DNA from: Lytechinus pictus
Lineage: Eukaryota
DNA length: 64,000 nt
Reading direction: 5' to 3'
Assembly (NCBI RefSeq): GCF_037042905.1
Contig: NC_087260.1
Location: 24,242,001-24,306,000 of the forward strand
Shown here: in pieces, positions 54,502-64,000 of the stretch
Numbering within the stretch: position 1 is the first letter of the stretch
Layout of the letters: every line of letters starts with the position of its first letter
Made by a program: the position numbers and the translations under genes
Notes under the pieces: model-generated
Databases searched by the model: none
The model's input: only the letters and a program-made list of their open reading frames with translations
Told to the model about the DNA's origin: nothing

Positions 54502-57500
54502 TTAGGTGGTCTGTCATGAAGATGACAGATCACCTATTATATTCGTCAGAATTTACTTTATTTATTTTTATTGCCAAATCTTTGTCCACCTCTATCTCAA
54601 AATCGGGCATGTCAATTTCCTTGATTTTCATGTCATGTATGGGCATCATTATGGACATGGGAATGGAAACTTTTCAAGGTTATCAAATCATGATGACGTC
54701 ATCTAGGCGCCATTTTGTAAAATTAAATGATTGATCATATCATCGCAACTAATCATCAAAAATCATCCATATTTGCATCATATCAAGTTCAGGTGACAGG
54801 TCATCAGGACATATCATCAGAGGTCATGCAAAGGTCACGACGCGCACGTACGCGCGCGTCAAAATTTTAAATTTCCCCAAATCGACCGTGGTCAAGTTTG
54901 GGTACGTTTCTGGTCATTTTGAGCATGTCAAGAATTTGCGCGCGCACAGGTATGCGTGCGCGTTCTTGCACCTACCATCGTTATGCATCTTCGAGTCATC
55001 ATTTCTTTCATGTCTTTCCATTGTTCATTATCTTCTGATTAATTTGATACCTCATTCAGCCTCTTACGACCAATAATACGGGAATGCGCGTCCATTCAAA
55101 TTTGCATTACGCGCGCGTAAATGGGCTAAAATATGCCTATATAAAATTCACTGTAGCTCTTCAGGGAGTCCGTTGACCCCAATTTTTCTTTTCATATTCG
55201 AATAGAGTATGAATAGGAGATATGATTTCATGCCACATTTGACTCTTAATTACATCGTGACGTCATCAAAATGGCGTCGGAACTAAGAACAAGTGTTTTC
55301 TGTTTCATGATGTCACCACAGTCATTTAAATTGATTTTAATTCCGTAAATCTTGGTCTGTTCTCGCCAAATTTTCAATATGTTTTAGCTTAGAATGTATC
55401 CTTTAGACAATATCTCCACTGTTTCATTTTAAAGCTTGTACTATTCTCAAAACTAGAATTTGTAGAGTTTTGTCATCATGCCAATTTGGAATTGCAAGAA
55501 TGTACATTCAATGTCAAGTTGACAATATGTTTCCTATTTTGCTCTCTGTGCTTGTCGAACACACTGTGGCCGACTGGATAACACACCTGACTGGTATACC
55601 AGGGTTCGGTGGTTCAAACCTCGCTGGACCCCCTTTTTTTTTTTTTTTTTTTTTTGGTCCTTTTTAGGTGGTCTGTCATGAAGATGACAGATCACCTATT
55701 ATATTCGTCAGAATTTACTTTATTTATTTTTATTGCCAAATCTTTGTCCACCTCTATCTCAAAATCGGGCATGTCAATTTCCTTGATTTTCATGTCATGT
55801 ATGGGCATCATTATGGACATGGGAATGGAAACTTTTCAAGGTTATCAAATCATGATGACGTCATCTAGGCGCCATTTTGTAAAATTAAATGATTGATCAT
55901 ATCATCGCAACTAATCATCAAAAATCATCCATATTTGCATCATATCAAGTTCAGGTGACAGGTCATCAGGACATATCATCAGAGGTCATGCAAAGGTCAC
56001 GACGCGCACGTACGCGCGCGTCAAAATTTTAAATTTCCCCAAATCGACCGTGGTCAAGTTTGGGTACGTTTCTGGTCATTTTGAGCATGTCAAGAATTTG
56101 CGCGCGCACAGGTATGCGTGCGCGTTCTTGCACCTACCATCGTTATGCATCTTCGAGTCATCATTTCTTTCATGTCTTTCCATTGTTCATTATCTTCTGA
56201 TTAATTTGATACCTCATTCAGCCTCTTACGACCAATAATACGGGAATGCGCGTCCATTCAAATTTGCATTACGCGCGCGTAAATGGGCTAAAATATGCCT
56301 ATATAAAATTCACTGTAGCTCTTCAGGGAGTCCGTTGACCCCAAATTTTTTCTCACTCTTTTATATATTCAATATTTCATTTGGAGATTTTGTAATTACG
56401 TCAATTTTAAGTTATTAGTGAAAATTACATATTTCCGCAACAAACGTCAATGACTTGACCGTATCTTCGTTTTTACTGGTCAGTTTTCTTCCAAATTTTG
56501 ATATCGTATAGTGAAGACAATTCTCTACAAATAACGTGTGAATAATTTTGACTTTTGACCACAGCATCAATGTGTTATGATGTGTTTAAATTTTTGCAAA
56601 TTTTTTCTGGACGTAATTTTTGAGAAATTCTTTAGAGAAATGTTTTATTAACCAATTGTACAGTCTTCCTGAAAATTTCAAGCCCACTTGCCTTGCATTT
56701 TTTTATGTAGGACAATTTTTGTAATTTTGCCGGAACTTTTTAAGGGGCAATTTTAACATTGTAAAACATCATTTATGTATTTTTTAGTAAACGCTGCAAT
56801 ATTTAAACGCTATTGGGTTGAAAATTTTCATTCCGGACATTTTGCGGAAATTCCTGGATTTTTTTCTGTTTGTTCATTTTTACTTAATATAACATATAAC
56901 AAATTTTCAGGTACCTTCTGTGAAATGAAAAAATTGTGCAATTTAGTTAATTACACATGTTCCCGAAATTTTGCGGGAAAATTGCCAGTATTTGAATCTT
57001 TTACCTGACTTTTTTTCAGTAAAAATCATCAAGAAAGAATTTTCAAGTAAATGTCAAAGTCATACACAATTAATAAATGGATATTGAAAATTTTTGACGG
57101 AAAATATTATTTGAAATGTTTAAAAATTTTCAGAAATTTGGCAAACATTTACAAAAAAATCTGGTTCTTTTATCAAATACATCACTCATGAGTTTTGAGG
57201 TGAATGCTGTGAAATTATAGCATTATGAAACTTCTCATTAAAATCTATTGAAATGTAGCAGAAAATTTGAACAAAAATATTTAAGATATTTTAGCTTTTA
57301 AAAAGTATCACCTATGAATTTTCAAGTATTCTGTGAAATTAATACCCACTGACATTGTGAAATGTCAGTGGGTGAAATAAAAAAAAAATGCTCAAAGTAC
57401 AAAGAATTTTTAACAAGAATTTGCATAAAAAACATCAAACTGTCGATTAAAAATTAGCTGCTGTGAAAATTAAGGCGCCTTTCATTGCACAATTTTGGAA

Positions 57501-57805
57501 AGCCAATTTCGGTAAAATCGTCTGAGATTTTTTAAGCCGGCATTTTACGTGCTCCTAACTTTATTTCGTATTTAACATATTGCATTATCACCACCATCAT
57601 TATAATCATCACGATTGTCATCACTACATTTATAATCACATTTAGCAATGGTCAAAATTTATTCCTTTGATGTCTATGATCAAGATTATCAATCATATCT
57701 GAATGATTCATTCCCGGGATTCATTTTATACAACATTAGCCGACAATGAATGAAAAATCATGACAGACCACCTAATTCGTCCGCATGACGAATTAAAATC
57801 TAGTT
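54502..57805 (+). mobile_element. Non-autonomous Helentron with two 5' ends and one 3' end
   Basis: 5' subTIR ttaggtggtctgtcatga plus nearby IR tgacagatcacct at 54502 and 55664; 3' subTIR tcatgacagaccacctaa (57758-57775), stem-loop TAATTCGTC-cgcat-GACGAATTA, then CTAG-tt. 54502-55182 appears identical to 55664-56344. Confidence 0.85.
55567..55655 (+). other. tRNA-like Pol III cassette (SINE head or pseudo-tRNA)
   Basis: A-box-like TGGCCGACTGG (55567), B-box GGTTCAAACC (55611), then T22 (55634-55655); no intact cloverleaf. Confidence 0.5.
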
Positions 57806-58120
57806 GATTTTGTTTCCATCTTCGTTGGTGTTATTGTGAAGTTGCGTGGCATTACACCAAGTTGTCCAATGGTTTTTGGTGGCAGCGGTGGGATATAAAC
57901 AGGGACGTGAGAGGGAGATATAAGTTTTGTTGGAGCTCCACTTGTAGCTTGTGTTCTGATTATCGTTGAATTCAGGAATTTGAATCATATAAGCTTTAAG
58001 TCATTGCCATTCTTCCCAACTTTATAAGATAAAAGTTTAAGAAAAGAGAGTAACAACATACTTTTGATATACAGTACCAAATTAACACAATATCTTTTTC
58101 TTTTTTGTTATTCTTTTCAG

Positions 58121-58278
58121 ATTTCATCAAAGAGCTTATTGTGAATTCACAAGCCGATCTTGATGACATGTTTACAAGGACGTATGATTCGCTTTATGAG
58201 CAAAATAAAGATTTGTTTGAAGATCTTTATACAAACTTCAGGAATTATTATTATGGAAGAGACATCGATCTTTCAGAG
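58121..58278 (+). CDS. GPC4/6: Glypican internal exon
   Basis: ttcttttcag acceptor, gtaaac donor; 158 bp, phase 1-0, in frame with the previous exon. (N)FIKELIVNSQADLDDMFTRTYDSLYEQNKDLFEDLYTNFRNYYYGRDIDLSE matches glypican L..MF..TY..LY.QN...F.DL. Confidence 0.95.
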
Positions 58279-58613
58279 GTAAACCCTCACTTCACTTATC
58301 TTGCTTTAATAATGTGTATGTAATAATAATAATTGTAGTGCTTAATCATATTATTTATTTATTTAAGATACAGTATTTTGATTGATACTGTAGGATGGCT
58401 TCAATACCTAGCCCAAGACTGAATTATCATCTGAAATGTATCTTAAAGCATCAAATTAGTACCCTGGTATTAGTCTTCCCTACTCTACAGGATTTCAATT
58501 TTAGAATTAAGTGAGTAATAACATACATGTACAATCCGTAACACATCAGACTGTTTCCTGAATACCCTAGACATTTGCTGGAAGAAATGTTTTTGTTTCT
58601 TCTATTTAACCAG

Positions 58614-58853
58614 GTAATGGGTGACTTCTTCAATCAGTTATTTGAGAGGATCTTCCAGCTTCTCAACCCTCAGTACAAGTACACCGATGACTTCTGGAGC
58701 TGTACCAGGCAAGATGTGATCATGGAGAGTCTAAAACCGTTTGGCGATGTGGCCAATACCCTCATCGATAGGGCCAAGAAGTCATTCGTTGCTGCGAGGA
58801 CGTTCGGCCAGGGACTTGGTTTTGGACGTGATGCCATCACGAGAGGATCAAAG
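58614..58853 (+). CDS. GPC4/6: Glypican internal exon
   Basis: ttaaccag acceptor, gtatag donor; 240 bp, phase 0-0. VMGDFFNQLFERIFQLLNPQY...LKPFGDV...SFVAARTFGQGL...SK; LKPFGD and AARTF.QGL are typical of GPC1/2/4/6. Confidence 0.96.
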
Positions 58854-59426
58854 GTATAGTAACTGATGATACATGTATGGACATTTATTCAAGGTCATGG
58901 GTAAGAGATCAAAGGTCAATCATGAAAATGGCAAGTCTCTGAACCTGAGAGATCCATGGAATGACCAACTGTTGATGTAATATAAGTATTTGACCATTCT
59001 AGGGGTTAAATAGGTAGGTCCCCTTTTTGAGTGGTCTGAGGTACCTGGCGAGGGTATTTGAATGTCTGAGGTTCAATTCCAGGCCATGTCACCTTGATAT
59101 AAAGTTTTGTAAGATTGAGCCCTGAAAGGTTTTGCTTTATTGAAATTAATGCTCATGATATCATAGTCTGATATGATACTAATATTTCAAAAATCACAAC
59201 CAAGTAGGTCTGTATGTAGTGGAGAGCTCTAAACATGCAGAAAATTATTTTAGTCATCTTTAATGCATTGCTAACAAATTATAACATCTAAAGGACCAAA
59301 CTAAATACATTTTTAGGAATTCAATTATATGTAATTTCTGTTTTTTTCAAACTTATTACGTAGACCGGTTGTATGACAGTTTTTTTTCTTCACCGCCCCC
59401 ACCCACCATCTTCCCCTTTTTTCTAG

Positions 59427-59592
59427 GTTGAGCCTACACCAGAATGTCGGAAAGCGTTAATGAGAATGTCATACTGCCCTCATTGTAAAGGTATCCCATT
59501 CGTAAAGCCATGCCACTCCCTCTGTCTTAATATCATGAAAGGATGTCTAGCCAGCCAATCAGAGATGGACGCTGAATGGAATTATTATATTG
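59427..59592 (+). CDS. GPC4/6: Glypican internal exon (Cys-rich)
   Basis: ttttctag acceptor, gtaagt donor; 166 bp, phase 0-1. [55 protein letters not shown] carries the glypican C..C.G....KPC...C.N.MKGC signature. Confidence 0.97.
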
Positions 59593-62500
59593 GTAAGTAG
59601 ATTTTTGTTTCTTATTTTAAAAGAATCTTGCTTGTCTTTAACTTCCCATCATCAGACTGTGTAACTCTTATAGTCAGTAAAGCATGGTATGCTTTGATCA
59701 CAATGTCTTTTTGTTTACAAGTCTTACTAACTCCGTTGAGAACTAATACAAACAGGTAATGAAAGAGCCTCCTGAATAAGGTTTGAGCCAGCACATCTCT
59801 ACATGAGTCACAAAATGATACATTTATGATTGACTCTAGGGAATGTTTCCTGCGCCCAGCTTCTCACCAAAGTACACTGAATCTCCAGGTGCAATGACCT
59901 CTGCAGGCGGAGGTCAATTGGTGCTATCCCAGCAGTCTTTGCAGGGGTGTTCCTGGTAAAACAGATGACCTGAAACGAAAGAAAAACAACCAGAGTTGTG
60001 TTTGTAGACTTATCACACTGTGCTAGAACTAGATAGAGGTTTATCAGCAGTTCTGATATAGATGGGCCAAAAACTTCCTATTCTATGATTCATCAGACAA
60101 TCATAGGGCATTGTGTTACCCGGTGAAATTGTTCAGTTCTTTCGTTCATTTTGTGAATATTTTAGCACAGAGTTTTAGGAGATTTTTAGACTTAAGCGTA
60201 TTTGCTGAAAAACCTGTGGGTAGAGTTGAATTTGTTAATGAACTGAGAAAACTTCAACCAGTTTTGCATTTAATGAAATCTGTTGTCTAATGGTTATATT
60301 GGACCTTCCAAATTCATATCACTTCATGGTTCTGTTTGCGATATTGTTGCAAAATTGTTGTTTCAGCTTTTTGTTTACCAGCTGAGAATCTGTGTGGTAC
60401 AATGATTGAGCCATTTGAAATAATTTGGGCTTGGTGCGGTTTACGGAAAGCATTTCCTTTATTGATATCAGATTGTTTGTTAATGGGTTTAGATCATTTT
60501 GCAGAGTTTGATTATGTGCTGATGACCTTTGACCTTTGTCAGGCCTGCCACATGAATGTGGTTGAGATGTGGTTTAAAGTCAGACTTTGTCTGGGTTCTT
60601 TTTTGGCTGGGTCCTTTGTTGCCATCCCACTTCACACCAGTGAAATTAATTGTTTTCTTGCCTTAACAACCTATAAAGAATGTTCTTTTGTATGTTGAAG
60701 GGTCAGGGTTAATTTGTCATTCAATTAGTTTATTGTTGCAATGGCAGATAATGCAAAATCATCTGCAATTTAAATTTGACAACTTAATGTCGGTGATGAT
60801 GATGAACAAAAAAAATGTTCTTAAAAACATTCAAAGGCGCAGGCTCCCCAATATGTCACGTATTATTCACACAGTTGCTGCAAAAGATAGGTTGTTCAGA
60901 TTGGAAGGTCTCAAGTCTGTTACAATCATGAAGTTACAGGACTTTCACTCTGTAATATTTTTTGTGTGTGTGTGAATGTCGCTTCTGCTGCCATCTGGTT
61001 CTTCAAACATTTATGCCATATCCAAATCATGCATACATGTACATGTGATTCTTGCTTGTGTGAATGACCAGATGGAGATAAAGCATGATGTGCCGTGCAT
61101 CATCCGATGAACAGAGGATGATGATGAAGGGTCTTTGTGGAGGGTATTTGTTTGTCCGACCGACCGCACATGAGCATTTCAGATGAGATTATACATGTAC
61201 CTCATCAATTTAGATAATAATTCCCGACAAGACACGACAAGCACATACAATGTACATAGCTGGCCTATTCGTTGTATGTGTAGCATTATTGACGTAATGC
61301 TCCAGCCACGATTGCATTGGAAATCAGAAGTTCACCGAGGGTTCAGACTCAATTATAATAATGTAGTTAAAATCGTTTCCTGGGTTTTATACTGTTTACA
61401 AATGCATAGCCCACAAGATAGTAATGGTTGTTAAATCTGTAGAAGACCAAAATGGGAACTCCCAGCTTAAGGTTTTGTTTTTGTAGAATACAAGAGACAT
61501 GTTAATCATCCGGCTAGATCAAATGATTTTTAATGCAGGACAATATTTTTATTTCTACAGATGGGATAAATTACATTGGAAATGGGAGTGTAAATACACT
61601 GTATTTTAGCAGTCACTCAAATAAGCATTGCTTGATAGTCTGTTGGAAAACTAACAGTTCACACAAATCTAATTTCTGTCAAGGAATCAATAATCGTGCA
61701 AATTTCGTGGGATTTCAGTTCCAGTATTCCTTTAGGCTGTGGGATGTGTTACTCAAGAGATAGGAGGGCAGTTCAGCAGTCTCTCAAAATATTACATTAC
61801 ATTAAAATATCCTGTTGGGAAGTGATATGAATTTTACACTACCTTTATTTTTACCAAGGAAGTGATATTCCTGATAAATTTGAGGGATTCCCACTGCCCA
61901 TGTTCACTATATAGGCCCTATTTGGTGATCCTTGCTGCAAATAGTCTGTTTCGGGTCAAACTATTTTGTAGCGTGCCAGGCCAGACTGCATATTTCTATT
62001 TTGTTTGACGAAAGGAAAGGCATTGACAAATTGTGCTTTGGTAGGATGTAATTTAGGAAATAACCTCATGGAGAGAGGAAACAGACAGCCATGTCGTTTA
62101 GTTTCTTTGTTTATTTTCCAAGAGCACAAAGAATAGGGACATTATAGGTGATTTAGGTGTGTAATAGAAATGAGTAAAGCCAAAAAAATAAACTGTATCC
62201 AGTAACTTCTTAATGTACTTGACGATTTTTAAAGAATTAATGAGTGATTATGATACTTTGGTCATGTGAGAATTAAAAAGAGGGTACAGGTATATGCTGG
62301 TATTGGAAATGATTTATGTAGGCCTATTGAAATTAATATATGGGAAGATTAAGAGGGAGAGAGCTATGATTGGTTTTACCATAGAGCATCTAGTAGCTCC
62401 AGGGTATGCATGCTTTGAAAATAAGAGAGCAGTTGGTAGAAGATTTGATGAAAAAGTGAGATGAACTTTTCAGATAATAACTTTATAATTTACTAATTTG

Positions 62501-63114
62501 TCTTTTTGATCAATCAAAACTTGTAATGTTCAAAATTCAAGAGAACTTTCTTCCATTTGTAGCTTTTATTTCATGATGATTGGATTGTCATTGAGAGTTG
62601 GACCTGTCCTGTATAAAAGAGAATAGTAGGTGCACCTCCTATTGTATTACCCTTGAATCTCAGTCATACCAAACAATGAACCACCAACTAAATCCTCAAC
62701 GCAAATGGTAGCAGCTTAATTCTCTTATTGCGGTGATTCACTTATCAAACACAGTACTTGATGAAAATAGCAAAGTCCATTTTCCCCGCAAACAAACTGA
62801 AAAAAGTTTGTAGTGTTTAGGCCAACAATTTATTTCCCTTCTTATTAGAAGTGTTGCCTAAAATAAACAATTACTTTTTTTTTTTTTTTTTTTTTTTTTT
62901 GGGGGGGGGGCTCTTTAAATTAAATAATGATAATGATAATACACAAAATTTATACCTTTGTGTATGTTTCAAAGCGCAATTATGTAGAACGTTAACATCC
63001 CCAATACCTTATCCTTGGTTGTGAGATCCACAGTTATTTTTTTTTTTGGGGGGGGGCAGCCCTGAAAATATATTTTTTTTAAGTAGTGCTCCATCTGTGA
63101 TATGCTCAGCTTAA

Positions 63115-63702
63115 AGGTCAAGTCCACCCCAGCAAAATGTTGATTTGAATAAATAGAGAAAAATCAAACTAGCATAACACTGAAAATTTCATCAAAATCG
63201 GATGTAAAATAAGAAAGTTATGGTAATTTAAAGTTTCGCTTATTTTTCACAAAACAGTGATGTGCACAACTCGGTGACATGCAAATGAGTCAGTCGATGA
63301 TGTCCATCACTCACTATTTCGTTTGTTTTTTATTGTTTGAATTATACAATATTTCATTTTTTTTACAGATTTGATCGTAGGGACCGACTTGACTGAACCA
63401 TGTAGTATTAAACAATGCTAATTCCACATGTATAGGGAGGAATTAATCACTGTTTCACTTGACAATGAGGAGAAATTTAGAATATTTCATATTTCATATG
63501 ATAAAATACAAAAGAAATAGTCAGTCTCCTCATTTGCATACCGACCAGGATGTGCGTACAACTGTTTTGTGAAATTAAGCGAAACTTTGAAATGCCATAA
63601 CTTTCTTATTTTACATCCGATTTGATGAAATTTTCAATGTTATGCTTGTTGGATTTTTCTCTTTTTATTCAAATAATTTTTTTGTTGGGGTGGACTTGTC
63701 CT
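63115..63702. mobile_element. Kolobok-like MITE, family A
   Basis: TTAA at 63111-63114 and 63703-63706; same TIR and body as 19149-19756. Confidence 0.9.
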
Positions 63703-63706
63703 TTAA

Positions 63707-64000
63707 AGGTCAAGTCCACCTCAGAAAAAAGTTGTTTTGAATCAACAGAGAAAAATCAGACAAGCATAATGCTGAACATTTCATCAAAATTGGATGTGAA
63801 ATAAGAAAGTTATGACATTTTGAAAATTCGCTTATTTTTCACAAAATAGTTATGTGCACAATTTGGTCACATGCATATGAATATTATGAGAGAATCGATG
63901 ATGTCCCTCACTCACTATTTCTTTTGTTTTTTATTGTTTGAATTATACAAATTTTCAATTTTTACAGATTTGACAATAAGGACCACCTTGACTGAACCAT
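63707..64000. mobile_element. Kolobok-like MITE, family A, running off the window
   Basis: Begins aggtcaagtccacc directly after the shared TTAA; diverged from its neighbour. Confidence 0.88.

Noticed and set aside
55567-55633. Functional tRNA gene
   Set aside because: The acceptor stem does not pair and the anticodon arm is irregular.
54506-56238. Duplicated short ORFs as a gene pair
   Set aside because: They lie in the duplicated Helentron 5' segment and show no Rep/helicase motifs.
58105-58120. ORF-track starts and ends around the glypican exons (also 58575-58613 and 58279-58323)
   Set aside because: These extensions are intronic; similarity begins and ends at the AG/GT sites.
3096-60530. 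CTGATGA occurrences as hammerhead ribozyme cores or snoRNA boxes
   Set aside because: None checked by eye had a correctly placed GAAA with supporting stems.
61561-61763. Candidate next glypican exon after the tttctacag acceptor-like site
   Set aside because: In the required phase it reads DGINYIGNGSV..., with no similarity to the expected L.GPFN.E.V..PI...IS.AIM segment.

Overview
This is AT-rich animal genomic DNA; the repeat landscape suggests a marine invertebrate deuterostome such as a sea urchin (inference). The only supportable gene is four internal + strand exons of a glypican of the GPC1/2/4/6 (GPC4/6, Dally-like) class: 27999-28157, 58121-58278, 58614-58853 and 59427-59592. All have GT-AG boundaries and a continuous reading phase. 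The signal-peptide exon and the 3' exons were not found, so the rest of the window is probably intron. The introns hold many non-autonomous mobile elements. The largest is a 5.26-kb near-complete palindrome (3832-9091) with a 6-bp TSD, TAY..RTA ends and a 41-bp loop, whose two arms carry the same Helentron-derived insert. Others are two Helentron/HINE elements, TTAA-flanked Kolobok-like MITEs, an inverted pair of nested-hairpin MITEs with 3-bp TSDs, Harbinger-like and EnSpm-like MITEs, and SINE remnants. No transposase ORF is visible. The most interesting signals are arm-to-arm copying inside palindromic elements and a strong excess of TACATGTA/TAGGCCTA octamers that may be transposon excision footprints. 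Superfamily assignments rest only on terminal and TSD signatures recalled from the literature; no database search was run.
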